A stretch of DNA of 64,000 nucleotides. Source: Lama glama (lineage: Eukaryota). The translations under genes and the position numbers were made by a program. How positions within the stretch are numbered: position 1 is the first letter of the stretch; each line of letters begins with the position of its first letter. Below the pieces are notes generated by a model that searched no databases, was not told the DNA's origin, and saw only the letters and a program-made list of their open reading frames with translations. The stretch covers positions 27,344,001-27,408,000 of the forward strand of contig CM052818.1 of assembly GCA_028534125.1 (NCBI GenBank), written 5' to 3'. Of this stretch, positions 12,800 to 27,289 are shown piece by piece.

Positions 12800-14200
12800 T
12801 TAAAAATGAGGGTTAAATCCTACCACGTGCTTTTTCAACTTTTCTTGAGATTCACATTGGCTTCCTTTTAATTTACTATAATATAATCAATTAGATTTTA
12901 AACCATCCTTGTGTCCTTAGAAGAAAGCCTATGTCTAAAGATCCAGCTCTATCTGACCTTCTAACACTTGAAGACTGCTAAATTAGTAAGTTTGAGTGAT
13001 AGCAGCTTGTAGCTCTCTCTTTTCACGTGTGTGTACTGGCCTCATCCAGTCTCAAGTTTCAGAGTTACACTAACTTTTTCAATGAGCTGTTTATCATTCT
13101 ACCTCTTTCTCTGCTGTAAAGCAGTTCAAATAACTCAGGAATTATCTCTTCTGTGATGTTTTCATACAACCCACTTATGAAACTATCTGAATTCTGTACT
13201 GTTTTTGTAACGGAGGAAGGAACAGGTTTCTTCTTTGGTTATTAGATTACCACGTTATTCTGTTTCTTTTAGAATTACCTGTACTAACATATATTAGTAA
13301 AGAAATACTTGATTTCTATAGATTTTCAAATTCATTTCAGGCTTTACAAACCAAGCTTTCTTTTTTGTAGTTGATGTGTTCACGGGTTCTTTTAAGTTTT
13401 TAAATTTCTTCCTTCTTTGTCTTTCAGATTATTTAATTGGCTTTTCTCTAGGGTTTTAAGATTAATGAATGCTCGGTTCACTTTGATTTCACTTTTGTTT
13501 TCTCAGAAATGCAAATAATTTTCATTATGATTTTAATACTTTAGCCAAATTGCTCTGGTTATATTCCAATGTTCGATATGAACTGCTCTCAGTGTAACTC
13601 ATTTCTAATTCAATTTTGATTTCCTCTTTAAAGACCTGTTAGAAGAGTGCTACTAAACTTCTGCACAGGTGTATTTTTTGGCTTTCCTCTTGAGTTTAAT
13701 TTATAGTTCCACTGCCTCGTTGCCAGAGAATGTAGGCTATATAATTTTCTACTTCTGTAATTTCTTGAGTTTGTTTTCTTTTTGTTTCTGTTTTTTTGGC
13801 ATGCACGTGTATGTATGTGGACTATGGCCAAGTTAAAAATACATGGTTATTTGAAAAGAACATGTATTCTGTTTACTTGATACAAACTTGCGTATCTATT
13901 AAACTCTACTTCTTAATTATGACATCCAGCTCACCTATATCTTATACTTTTTGTCGGCTATCCAAGAAGGATCTATAAAAATCTCCCACTTTGAACCAGT
14001 AACATCTCATATATCTAACAGTATTTAACTTTAATGTTTCAAAGCTGTGTTGTTCACTTCAAGACTAGCAGGCATAAAATTCAAGCCTGTTACACTGACT
14101 TGGCAAATTGCAAAATGATGCTTTCAAAGAATTTATATTTCTAAGATCAAAATCTTTTTAAAATTTGGTAATACTTAACTTTTTTAGCTTTATTCTTCTC
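12800..14200 (-). mobile_element. Old, degenerate L1M-type LINE fragment(s)
   Basis: Long T-rich stretch with L1-antisense-like motifs (e.g. cccacttatgaaactatctg, gttatttgaaaagaacatgtattctg). Boundaries approximate. Confidence 0.5.
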
Positions 14201-15619
14201 TTCTTTCTACCATCTATTCACCTCTCAATAGACCATCTAGAGCCCTACTCACCCAGCATCCTTCCCTTCCCCCAACCAGTCACTAGCCTGTCACTTAAAC
14301 CCAACCGCGGTTACCATGGCATCAGGAATTGTTTTTCTAATACCTTCTTTCTCAGCCTGTTTCTAAATTCTTGCAGTGGATTTCATTTATTCATCTATGT
14401 CTCTCCTCCATCCCTCTTCCACGGAGAAAATAGGAGAAAATTACAAATATACCATGTGTTTTCCATCATTTAGAAGGCTTTTCTGATACTACCTCCGAGT
14501 TTTAAATTTTATCCATTTGAAGAGAAGCCTCTCCTGATTCTTTCCCTATGGTGTCTAACAAATCTATATATAATACTTAAGTAAGTTAACAAGCTCTTCA
14601 GTCTGGTTGCCCTGGCAACACGTTGTAACTGGCATCTTAAAAAAAAAACAAAACAAAAAAACCCACAACTGCCCCAGATATAGAAAGACCAAAATGACAG
14701 TATCACTTGCAACAGAAGTAATTAAGGGAAATAAGCTGGTTTCATCATAGTAATAATCTTCCTTTAAGAGGTTAGCCCTTAAAATATTTGACAGGGTCAC
14801 CCAGTATGAAAGTGACTTTACAATAATAATGGCAAGTTTGTATCAATCCTAGTCACTTTAAACTGTGTGCCTGCATTCTGGCCAGCTGTAGACTTTTACC
14901 AGGTCCTTATGTCAACAGGAAAAGTATAATCATGATCTACAAGTAGCAAATGCATTCAAGAGTTTTCTGCTTAAACAAAGATTTAGGTAAAACCAAAGCC
15001 ATATGAAAAACCACTAAATGGGAAAAGAAAAAAGAGAAAAATTATATTGCCAGATTCTCATTCCAATCTATTTAATTTTTGTATAGTCCCACACATCTGA
15101 CACTGCAGCCTTCCTCCTCTTTCAAAATCTCTTAAAATGGTCTCCTAACAATAACAGCAGATACGCTGCACACTTATTAACGGAAGACAGGCAGGATAAA
15201 ATGGACAGGTAACATTTAGACAGGCAATGGCAAAGTCAACACTGCTGGGCACTCTGCTTGCCTAAAATCTATCCCGAATCTCACACATACAACACACATG
15301 CATGGAGGTAACCCATGAGCATTCTGAGACAATCCTTGGGAGTTCCAACTACGGAGATATTTCAAGGAAACCCAAAATCTGGATTAGACCTGGTATCACA
15401 AAATTCAGTAGGTAGAACAGAGTAAAGAAGGGAAGAGTCTGGGATCACAGTTTCTTCACACCTCACTCTGGTAATCTGCTTCCGTTACAACCTCACTCCT
15501 TTGTAATGAAGTCTTGGAGTGGCTGTGGCATCAGCCCAGGGTGGCCCAGAGGCCACCAGGTGGTCCTAGGAGACACCTCCTCATGGTACCAGGTGAGATG
15601 CAATCTGTGAATCCTTCTT

Positions 15620-15965
15620 TCACCCATTCATTCAGCAAATTATTTACTGAATGACTTCCATGCGTCAGAGGTTCCAGGCACGGGGCTTAATGCAGGGAAT
15701 AAAGCAGAGTCCTTGCTGGCCTTCCTGGATTTACCATTCTGGAGGAGTTACACAACAAAGAACTGCACAGCATAAAGCCAGGTGGTGACAAATTCTTTGA
15801 AGCAGAATCAGCAATTTGGGCGTACCACACTGGCCAGGTGGGTGAGGGCAGATGTCTCTAGAGGATGTGGCACCTGCACAGGACCCAATGAAAGGAGGGT
15901 GAAGGCAAGCAAGTTGCAGGGCAGGTGTTTCAGACACGGGGAACTGCAAGAACAAGGGCTCCATG
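15620..15965 (-). mobile_element. L2 LINE 3' end remnant
   Basis: ttcattcagcaaattatttactgaatgacttccatgcgtcagaggttccaggcacgggg..., a classic antisense L2 terminus. Confidence 0.7.
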
Positions 15966-17043
15966 GCAAGAACAAGCCCACTCTTCACATAGAAAACATT
16001 TATCTCTACTATTAAGAAGACATCTCAACAAGTAGAATTCACTGGTAAAAAATACCAACTAAGACTTATAAGAAATATATTCTGATGGATGGTGTTTCTT
16101 ATTAAGGATTTAAGTCTCATGATCATGCAAGAGCAACAAAAGCAATCTCTACCACGGGGCACCTTCTATGTGCGAGGTACCACGCCTTGCCTTGTGCTCA
16201 CATCCTTCGCACTCCTGTGTGAAAGAGAGGACATCTTCACCTCTCCTTGGCAGAGGAGGCACAGAGAGGCTAAGAAACTTGGCCATGGTCACAAAGTAAG
16301 TGGCAGAGCCTCCAAAGCACACTCTTCCCCCTAGTCACAATTGCCGAGAGCAAAAGGAACTGCAACTTTCCTAACCAGTTCTCCTGGTATTTGATTGTTT
16401 AGTCAAATGGCTACATTCTTGCTCAAATATAGAGTGCAAAAGTAATTTGCCAAGATAAAGAGGTTCAGGGTCTTCGGGTGTGTCCTCATGGCTTTCTGCT
16501 TAGCCACCCTCCCCATTTCCTTTGCTCCTTGGCCTCACAGACACAAAGAAGCAGCTTTCTTATACCTGGCATTATTTTGCTCCAAAAACTTCTATTACAA
16601 ATGTAAGACACATGTCACCCCTTCATTTTTAAATTTAGAGACTGACTCCTTTAAAGTTACACTGTGAATTCTTTTCATTCACATTCCATGATTTTATCAT
16701 AACCTTTTTTGGCAAGCTTCGCGGTGAAGACTTGTTCCGTACAATCATAACCCTGAGGGGAAAAAATTAGGCTTGTTGATACAGTCCCAGAAATATTTCA
16801 TATTCCAGCTCGTTCAGAAACACCAGCTGTACTTTCCCAGCACTTCTTTTACTCTGTATTTAGGATTTAACAGTGGTGGGATCTACGTAGAGTCTTTTCT
16901 TGGCGGTTTGTGAAAAATGCCACATGAAAATGTTTTCAAATACCGAATAAAAGTTAGTTTGCACCAGAGTGGAATATAAATTAGCCCAATATAAAGAAAA
17001 ATAAAAGATACGTAAGTCCAACACAACATGTGAATCTGGAACT

Positions 17044-17223
17044 CAGTGGTTCTCAACCCTGGCTGTGCATTAGAATCATTTACAAAGCTTTTAAGAATGC
17101 CACTGTCTGAATCCCACCTCAAGTCAATTATATCAGAATTTCTGGGGGAGGAGCCTGGGAATTAATATTTGTTTCAATAGCTTCCTGGGTGATTCTATCG
17201 TGGATTAGGGCTGAGAACCACTA
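17044..17223. mobile_element. hAT-Charlie MITE (MER5B-like), full length
   Basis: Terminal inverted repeats cagtggttctcaaccct ... agggctgagaaccact, ~180 bp. Confidence 0.8.
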
Positions 17224-17485
17224 TGTTACTCCTCTAAGCAAAATGGGAATCTTTACAATGAAGTTCCCTATTGACAATAGAGCTTCTCCAAGGGCACGTT
17301 CAAACATCCCGGCAAATGGCAGCTGGCCAAAAGCCAAAGCAGCATTGGGCCCTCCAGATCTCTGCCTGCCACCAAGTGATCTGAGCTGTATGCTGAGTCC
17401 ACTGTAGCTCTAGGAATCTCCCAGACTACACATCTTTTCTAGGCAGGATGCTACTGAACTGGGTTGAAAATGATGCTTTTGATTA

Positions 17486-17978
17486 GAGTTTTGCTACACA
17501 AAGTGTGGCCTCCGGACCAGCAGCAGCTGGGAGCTTATTAGAGCTGCAGAGACACAGACCCCCGTGCCAGGCTTACTGAATCAGAATCTGCATTTTTAGC
17601 AAGATTCCCAGATGAGACAAACTGCTCCAGAGTGGTGGTTTTCAACAGTGGTCCATGAACCAGCACAGCAGCATTTCCCGGGAACTTGCTAGAGATGAGA
17701 GATGCAGCTCCAAGGCCCCACATCAGATCTGCAGAATCAGAAATTCTAGGGATGGGGCTCAGAAATTTGTGCTGGAAGAAACCCTCTAGGTAATTCTCCT
17801 GCAGACTATTGTTTGAGAACCATAGTGCTGAATAATGATTCTCAGCATATTAGAATCCCCTATGGAATGTTAAAAGCTCAGATCAATTAAATCAGAATTA
17901 CTAGAAGTGGGACACCAGTATCAGTAATTTTTAAAGCCCTCAAGGTGACTCCAAGGTGCGGTCAGGACTGAGCCGCTG
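17486..17978. mobile_element. Three adjacent hAT-Charlie MITEs (MER5A1-like ~17486-17625, MER5A-like ~17630-17826, MER5B-like ~17833-17978)
   Basis: Recurrent MER5 motifs: caaagtgtggcctccggaccagcagc, tactgaatcagaatctgcattttt, gaatcagaaattctagggatggggctcag, tttgagaacca. Confidence 0.7.
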
Positions 17979-18579
17979 TCCTCGGCACTCCCCTTCCCCT
18001 CCACAGCACCTATCCTCTGCCACCATCCCCTATCCTCCTCCCAGGGGACTCAAAGCTGCTTTCAGTCTTAGGAAATCTGAATCAACACGTTCTCTGGAAT
18101 CTTCCTGAAGGAGGTCAGAGCTTTCTGGGAGGAGTGAACAAAGCTGAGAGGGGTCTTCAGGATCTCCTCTGGTGGCAGGCGGTGGGGTGGAGGGAGCAGG
18201 GAGTGGGAGAGACAGGTCCTAAACGTGGCCTGCATGCATCCTAGAATTTTAAATCCTAGCTTACTAAAGTTGATTACAACTTTGAGTCCAGAGACATTTT
18301 ATTTCATCATCTGTTAATTCATACCAGGAACATGTATTCAATTTACTCCCAGAAGGTTTCGCCATTCGAATAATTACATTTATATATTCATAGATGGTAA
18401 CAAATTTAAAATGTAACAATGAATTTATTTTTAAAAATCTGGCAACAAAGTAAGGCCTAAGGATAGTTTGGAAGAATGTACAAAGAAATTGAAGACTGGT
18501 TTCAAAAAGATTAATTTTACCTAATAGGCTTCTCTGAATACTTTGCATCCCCTTTTTGCCATAAACATAAGCCCACAAA

Positions 18580-18720
18580 AAGGGAATGAAAATTACTAGA
18601 GAATGGGACAAATGACTAATGAGGAAAACTTAAATGAACCAAATCTGTATAGTCAGTTCAGCAACATCTTAAGAGGAATCTTCATAACAGCTTGAAAATG
18701 TCACAGAGGCATAAACATTA
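18580..18720 (+). mobile_element. CR1/L3 LINE ORF2 C-terminal remnant
   Basis: Degenerate translation NEENLNEPNLYS...LRGIFITA resembles the CR1 motif YEERLKELNLFSL...RLRGDLI. Confidence 0.5.
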
Positions 18721-21619
18721 GAAATGAAGAACTCCCCAGGGCGGTGTTTAAACGGAAGGCAAAATCCATTACAGAACACAAACAAAGCCTCTATTTTGCT
18801 GAGTGATTCTGTGACTTTGGGTGGGTTGCTTTCCATATTTCAAGTTTTCCTCCATAAAGGAAGGGGTGCTGCTACTTGGTTCTTTCCTTGTGTAATCACA
18901 ATATTGAGAAAATATACACAAATGTCAGATGCTCGAGAGGTGAAATGAAGGGTCTGGTGGTCCTCATCTGTGTAACGAGGGGCTGACCCTCGTGGGTGTC
19001 TTCTATGAATACACTCCAGCCGGAAGTCCCGTGAGCCCTTCCTATGCAAGCAGTTTCCAGGGACTCCTGGCCTCTGCTCCTTTAAGGAAGACCAACAGAT
19101 GACTGTTGGATTGAAGGAGGAGCAGTCTTTCTCTTTTAGAGCTCCAGTATTTGTTAACACTGTAGGGTTTTAGCAATAGAGTGGAAAATGTGAGCTTATG
19201 TGATTTTAAAAAACAAAGAACAATATACCAAGGGTGCTGTCAGTAACTTTCTGAGTCCCAAAGGTGGTATATGAATCTCCAAAGTCCTCAGAAGGACTCC
19301 GAAGAATATTATGTGCTGATATGACATCTTCAGAGGTTCCTCAAAGTGACTACATGTACATGATTAAAATGACATATCAAGAACAAAGAGAAGATGAATC
19401 AAGGACAGGTAGAGCACTGAACAACCTGGCTGCTGTTCTGCCTTCACTGATGACAGCAGCTGCAAATGAAGACCAGCAGGTGCTTTTACTGCTCAACTGG
19501 TGGTTCTCATGGGGGTTGCACATTCTAGGGGGGGGAAAAATGTGTCTCCTTAGACACATTCTGTCTCTAAGGAGACAGAAATAGGTTTTTGAAAAAATAC
19601 TTTGGCCATTTATTTTTTTCTTCCTCTCTTCTTTTAAATTTCTGTTTTACTGAAGATAAAGTATTTGTTTGTACTACTTACTTGTCATGTAACAGAGGTC
19701 ACCTTTCATCTTTCTGATATGGGAGTTAGTATAGCTACTGGTTTACCACGAAGGTTTGAAAGGCAGAAAGAACCATGCTCAAACCATGGCTCTGCTACAA
19801 CTAGCTGTGTGATCTTAGGCAAGCTTTTTGACCCCTCTGCGTCAGTTTCTGCAGGGTTGTTGTACGTTGTCAAGCGAGATAATAAATATTGCAAGCAGAC
19901 CCATGCCTGGCACAGCTAAGTGCCCAGCAGACAGTAGTTCTTACCCTCACAATCATTAATTATTAGGGAAAAGTCTAGGTTTTGAGTCGGACCTCAGGAT
20001 ACTCAGTATACCCACGTGTTAAACAGGGCATAAAAATAATTATTCTACAAGGAATTTGGAGACTAAAAGAATGTACAGATTCTTTTATATTTAAAATACT
20101 GTATCATATAAATATAAGAGTATTTCATATATTTGAACGTGTATGTGTGTATGCATGTGTTTACACATTCACACACACACAGACACTCACAGGCCTACAC
20201 GTCCACTAACTCCTTCTTCTCCGTTTGTTTTGAATCTAATGCCCAACATGATGCTGGGCTTGATGAACACAGATGTAATCATTAAATATTTGCTATTATT
20301 CACAACAGTAAAGTTGATTATGACACACACACCAAAATGATATATGTATCCCTCCACACACACACATCCTAGCACGCTAAAAGTGGTGCTCAACTGCTGT
20401 TTCTCTGTCAGCCTCCATTACTTTATTAATTCCTTCTTCATTTTTTTTTTTTTTTAAAGGGAGGTACTTTTTGAGGTCTTTGCTGTGTCTGGAGAGAAGG
20501 AAAGAAGCTGCCTTACTCAGGTCGTTTTCCCTGGAGAGGCTTCCCCAGCTATTTCCACATTCAGGATGTGCTGACAGGCCCTGCTTACAAAGGTAGCAGG
20601 CTGACAAGTGGCAAATGGTATAATGGTAAAGAGCGTTGCCCCAAACCAACAAAGGCCCCTGACATTTACCCTAGAGGGGGTTCAGGCCCTCCCCGGGGAG
20701 AAAGTGCCCCTCCACCTCTGGAGGTCAGCACCTCTCAGAACAGCCTCACTCCCTTCCCAGAGCTCCATCTCTGAGGGCTTCTCCACCTTTCTGCTCCAGC
20801 ACCAGCCTTCTAATCAGACATGCACTGGGCCGAGCCCCCGAGAGGGCCCCACGTTTCTATGCCGTCTTTGTCTTCTCTGTGTACCCACGGCATAAACCCT
20901 CGTCCACGGCGACCGCCAAGCGGGCACCCGGAGACTACAAATATGTGAGCTGCAGCTGAGCAAAGGGACGTGTTTACTTTCCATCCTGAACTACAACTTG
21001 ACCCGCAGCAAAAACAAAAATACTGCAATGTGTATTTTTTTCCCAGAAATGATAATTATAGTACTCCAAACATTTTTCAAACTTCAGCTACGAAAATGGA
21101 AAAGGCATTTCAAAAAAATAATTTATTAAATAGGCACTTATACTCTTAGTAGCCCTTACATGGAGATTCTAATTTTTTTCTCCATAGCCATTAAAGGTCT
21201 TGGCTCCTGGCTCAACACCCTCTTCCAGGGCGAGGTGGGACTCAGCCTGCTGGGCTGAGAGGTAAGTGGCTGAAGAGCCCTCTCTATTCAGTGCAGTCTG
21301 CGTGGGTTTATAGCACCTTTTTCCACCTCAAAATTATGGGCGATTTAAGCAGCACAGTTTGCACATGGGGTGACGCACATCTGGCTGATGCTATGCCTGA
21401 ACCAGAAACAGGAGGCCAGATGGGCTCCTGGTACCAAATTCAGGAGGTGCAATATTTAGACACCTCTCAGGAGCATGTGAATCCCAGCTTCTGTTTACTC
21501 CTTACCTCACTGTCCACCTGGTCGTTTTCCTCCAGCCACAGTTTTCCTGTACCTGGTACTCTCATCGGAATACAGCCACTGTAACAGTCACTCTCAGCTT
21601 TTGAACCCTCTTTGGAGCT

Positions 21620-21791
21620 CCGATTCTCACTTGAGCATGCTAGAGGACTTCTTAAAGCATAGATGATGATCCAGCCTCACCTCCAGAGCTGCTGATTTAG
21701 TTCAGCTGGGTTGGGGCCTGAGGACGTGCACTTCTAACAAATTCATGGTTACTGATGCTGCTACCCGGGTACCATGCTTTGAGAACCACTG
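21620..21791. mobile_element. MER5A hAT-Charlie MITE
   Basis: ctgatttagttcagctgggttggggcctgaggacgtgcacttctaacaaa...gatgctgct...ctttgagaaccactg. Confidence 0.75.
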
Positions 21792-22479
21792 CTTTACACT
21801 TTATCTGTTTGGAAATTCTAGCCTCTTGTAAGCTCAGCCATGCTCTCTTCTGCCCCAAGTCAAAGCTGTTTCCTCTACCATTGTCTCCATCTCTCTCTAT
21901 ACAGATGCTTGGTGGAGATGGCTCTAGGTAGTGCAAAGATAGTGACGCGCTTGATAAACCTGATGGATCTGAACAACAGAGGTCCCAGCCGATCGCATCC
22001 TCTCCCACATTCAATGGCAACCTGCAAGGAGCTACCATCTCAGACCTGAGGCAAAATTCAGAGAGCAGCTCATGGAAAGAGTAGGCACAATGCTGGATGG
22101 CAAGGAGAGCTCAGGGCTGGTGGCAAAGTGAACACCGTGTGCACTGCTGTGGCTGCTCCCATATTTCAGGGACACTTATTTCCAAGTATTTTCCAATACA
22201 ATAAAGGACGGAGTGATTCCATAAGCAAGTCTAAGCAGAGTGAGTTAAAGGGGACACAGCAGTTTATGATGAAACAACTCTCATAGACTCACACTCCAAT
22301 AATTGGTAATTTGTGGCAATGTGGAATAAGAGTGCCGTGAAATTTAACTTAACGTGTACTGTGGGGACTGAGTTCCACAAAGCTGCTTGGGACCTAAGTT
22401 CTTTTTATTTTTTGGCTTTTCAATGACTGCTGTGTTAGCCGTTGTCTACAGAGTCTTCCAACCAGTGGGAAGGGAGAAA

Positions 22480-22690
22480 AGTGGAAGGAAGGGAACAATT
22501 CTAAAGGGCACAGTGTGAGAAGCTGCTCTATTGTTTCTGCTCCATTCAGAAGGCCAGGACTTAATCACACTGCCACATCTACCTGCAAGGGAGTCTGGGA
22601 AATGTAGTCTTTACCCTGGGGGGTCCTATCCCTATTTAAAATTGTGTATCTATGGAAGAACAGGGGAATGGACACATGGCCATGAGGACA
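22480..22690. mobile_element. MaLR LTR fragment (MLT1-family)
   Basis: ggccaggacttaatcacactgccacatctacctgcaagggagtctgggaaatgtagtcttt is characteristic of old MLT1 LTRs. Confidence 0.6.
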
Positions 22691-25600
22691 TCAAGAAGCC
22701 TCTACCATAAGTTTCCTATGAAACTAAACTGTATACACAAGGGAAGTATCTTCAGTTTTGAAGAATGAAAGTAAAAAAAGCATTCTGAAGAATCACTAGA
22801 GAAACACTCAAATAAGCAATTCAGGTGCTTCTTGCCAAAGATCCACAACGAGGTGTTAAAAGTGCTGGGAAGATTCTTACTCATTCAGCAACTTCACAAA
22901 TATTTAATAATCAAATACCATGGTAAGAGACACTGTGGTAAGCTGTATATTTTAACAAAAGCAAGGATATAAATAGAAAACCTTTAGCTATCAGCAAGCC
23001 TAGATTTTTCCTCACATATAAAACTTAAAGCAGAAAGCCTGAGCTACTTTTGAAACGTTCCATGACTCAGAATTTTCAATAAATCTATCTCCTACAACTA
23101 AGATATGAAAAATAGATGGACTGGAGACTTGAAGGTTTAATTGCAAGACAGTAGAGGGATTCATATGCTTGTTTTTGCATAAAAAACGTGGGAACGTTTC
23201 TATCCACAGGACTTACGTGCCAAAGGAGAAGTTTTCTTCACCAGAAATTCTTAGATATAAATAGAGAAAACAGTGGCCTAAGAGAAGCCAAATGACTTGC
23301 CCAGTTCCCTCGACCTGGTAGGGCCAGAAGCCAGGAGCCCTGGGGAATCCCACACCAGTTGCACCAAGACACAAAGCCATCATCCCAACTTTCTCATCCT
23401 GCAGTCTGCAGTCTGATATCCATCTCTTCCATAATAAAACTGCTTACATTCTAGCTTAAAAATTTGATCACAAAACTCCTTTATCATGAAATCAGCAAAA
23501 TACACAAACCAAATGAAACCAAACCAAAAGTAACCCTTTATAAGAAGAGTGGCTAAAAAAGGTCAGAAGAGCAACCTCCAGTCATAGGGTGGTTGGGGTG
23601 CTGTCCACCACCCAGGTGCTGATAGGCTACACACCCACACAGACAGAGCCTCACCCTCTGAAATACGGAGAACAAGTATGCCGGGAATGGGAGGGATGCA
23701 AGCCTGCCAAGATGGGCTGCAAGGGCAATCTGTACGCACACCAAAAGCCTTGGGACTGGGACCTCGAGGGAGACAGCTCTGATGAGGAACACCCGAGGGA
23801 CTTCTCTTTAATAATCTAATCCCCAGGAAACTTAGACCATTGGCAGTTTTCCCCAGCCCATTCAGAAGATGAAGCCCGGCCAGAAAAAAGTGTAAACTCT
23901 TAAGACCAGGGTAGCTGGTAACACAAGACAGGGTCTCTCAGCATTAAAGATGATAGAAAGCCTCATGTGGAAGCTGGAGATCTGCTTCCAGGACCTTGGC
24001 TTGCTGTAGCCTCCACCTCTGGACGTTTTCCTGTCTGTAAAGCCCCTCCAGGATGCCCTGGCTTCCTCACATTTCCAACAGTGCTTCTCTGCTCTTGTTC
24101 TGCTCCTGGGTTTTGTGGCTGACCAGACTTCTTTGGACATCTGCACCTGCTGATGACTGAAATCCTGCTGATACGTGTAACCCACAATATTCAGACTTGG
24201 TCCTGATACTGAGTGTACGCTTCTGCCTGCCCAGTCTCAGAGCTCTGTGGGTCCCTCGTCCAGCAATGAGGAGAGAGCCAGCTTCTCTATTCTTCCCCAT
24301 TTTCTCTTCTTCTTACTAGTTTCCTGTTTAGAAGTCACATCTATCCTTATTCCGCAGAAAGCCACTTTTTAAAATTCAGGGTTTATGTCAATACTACCCT
24401 TTGTCCATGTTATAACTGAGAGATTAAAAACTTGCTTTGGAAGGGGGAAAGGCAGTCTCCCAGGAGGCTAGATATGAATGAACACGGGGGAGAGGTAATC
24501 TCACAAGTTTACTTTAGTGATACTGGGAGCCTGTGGGCTTGCTGTAGGCGAATTTGTATTGTAAGTATTTTTTTTAACAATGGAATAAGATGCCACTTTT
24601 TCTCCCTGACAATGCCCAGTCTCAGAAGACTACAGCCCCAATTTCTAGTTCTACTTGGAGATACATTTTTCATTGCCTTCCCTATTCAACATGATTTCCT
24701 CTTAGAAGGCTCACAGAATCTGATCAGCCAGATATTCTTACAAAAAAAAAAAAGCCAGTGTTTGATAAAAGTGGCTACTAATATATGCTAGAAATTTTAC
24801 CTGATCATAAAACTTTCAACAACAGGAGCTTTAAGACGCCTCAAATGACCTGCAAGATTAATAGTGTAATTTAAAGAGGCTATTCAGTCACCATATCATT
24901 CCTGGGCCTCCTATTAAGAAAAAGATGGACAGACTCAGGATTTCCAGAAGAGAATTCCCAAGGTCTCTGCAAACACTCTAATTGGTGTATGATGCCATAG
25001 ATTACAGGTGCCCCAGAAAGTACAATTTTACACACTGGCTGGTATACTCACTCAGATATTTCTAGAAATTGCTATTTCTTGTTTTTGAACCGTGCATTTC
25101 AGAAATTCAATCTACTGCCAAATGCAGTATGCCCTCTTTCTAATTTGTCCCAGATTTCTGTTTTCTGGGAAAGTACTGTTACTTCTAGGACCTCTTTACT
25201 CCTCTTTGCTCTTTATCACCAGCCCTAGCAGCTGGCTTTGTTTCATAAAGAAAATTTTGACCAGCACATGACTTTCCACATATGGGATAATGAGCTAAAA
25301 ACAACTGGGCAGCTGGCTTGTCACCAGCGAGGTGATCTGCTTCTGTATAGGTATTTCAAGCACACCCGATTCAAATTACAAATTACTACATGTCACGGAT
25401 CTTCTGGGTCATTGTTTCATGAATAATTGAATTCGTGAATGTTAAATCAATGAATCGCAAGGGTCTGCTGTGTTGATTTCTGTGTAATGAATCTTGCATA
25501 AGTCATGGTTGTCCCTATTTAGCAATAACCCTGTACCTAGCTCTCCCCTCCCCGATGCCCACTTGAGAATGCATTCAGAAGGATCCTCCTCATCTGAGCC

Positions 25601-27289
25601 TCTAATGAGAATATTGGAGGTAAAAAGCATTTGCCACCAGTAAGCCTCTTTCTGAGTCAGAAGAATTTCTCACTTAGCAATTCCAAGGGCACCGTGAGGT
25701 CTAACTTTCATCCTTAATTATGTCAATAGGAAACAAATATTATTAAATTAATAAAATGCCTTTTTTATATTGGAAAATAACTTAGATGAACTTACAATCA
25801 CAACTACAAAAATAAGCAATCTCAGTTTAAACTGTCAGAAATACATAAAGCTAATTGAGTCATTCAAGTGAGTTTTAAGTAATGCATCAACTAGTCACAT
25901 TTTAAATAGTATTCCTGCTGAAATTAACAGGAGAACTCTGCCCAGCAGCTGCTCTTCTGAAACTAATTCTGAATGAACATATTTCACAGTTGAGGTCTTA
26001 TTCTCTATATCTTTAATCCTCGAGATGCCATTTTTTAAAGTTGAGAACCATACCCCGCACCATCTTTACATTAGCCAGAGAGCAAAAGTAGTGTTCATTC
26101 TTTCACTTACAAATGTTTCTGGGGCAACTGGGTGACCCACAGTAAGTGTGATACATGGTTCCTCATCTCCACAAACTCACCATGGAGCTTGGGAGAAAGA
26201 ATGGAGGACCAGCAAGCACAGTGCAAGCTCCGGTCACAGACCCGGTCCTGGGCCTGTCACCAGCGGCTTATGTGATCTTGTACAATTTTTTTCATCTTCA
26301 TCTCTGTGAGCTTCTGATTCCTCTCCTATCAATGGGAAGGTGAGCAGAGGATTCCCAAGGTTCTTTCCACTCCAAAAAGCAGAGAACAATACAGGAAAAG
26401 TTAAGTAACAACACAGAATAATAATTAAAGAGGTGATCCAAGGCAGTATGTTACTAAGTGGCAAATGAGTGGTAGAGACAAGAGGACCCTGACTTTAGAG
26501 ACAGTAGAGGGTACTACTCATGGTGGCTGTTGAGAAAGCTTCCTGGAGGAAATGTAATTTCTAGCGAGGCCTTGAAATAGGGTTAGGATTTAACGCAGGT
26601 ATAGCGGGGAAGGAGGGAGCAGGGACCACTGCTAGCCCAGGATGCAGCCTGGGCGAGAGGAGAGTGACATGATGTAGCAGGTCTGTCACACTGCCATTCG
26701 CTCCACTTCCCAATGACACGCCCACAGCCCCACGGCCGAAGGGCACACCTCGCTCTTCCCTGAGTCTGTGCTCTCACTCGGGGCTGCCACCCCCTCCGAC
26801 GCTCTTTCCCACATTCACGGGCCAGCCAGACTGCCACCATCCACCCATTCAACACTTACTGAGCGCTTATTACATTCTGGCTACTTTGTTAGGGATTTGG
26901 GGTTACAAAGGTTGAAAACACATGGTTCCTGTTCTCACAGAGAGTCCTGGTCATTTTCAAGCAAAACTCAACTGCTCTCTGAAATATCCCTTCACCTGTT
27001 TCCTCTGCAAGTCTGATTTCTTCCTCTATTTTTATAGACTTTGTACATGTATCAATTTTACAAAATGTTCACATTGTATCATCAATTACTTATATTTATA
27101 TCTTGGTATTCTAAGACCAAATGTGATTTCCATGAGGGCTGGACTTGAGTCTTATACTTCTTTGCTTCCCTACTGCCCAACATAACGCCTAGACCACAGC
27201 AGACAGCCAATTCACTCATACTTCTCACTAATATCCCCTCCTAGTGTCTCTACTTAGGGTCTGTCTACCTGCCTACCTAGCTAGCAAGT

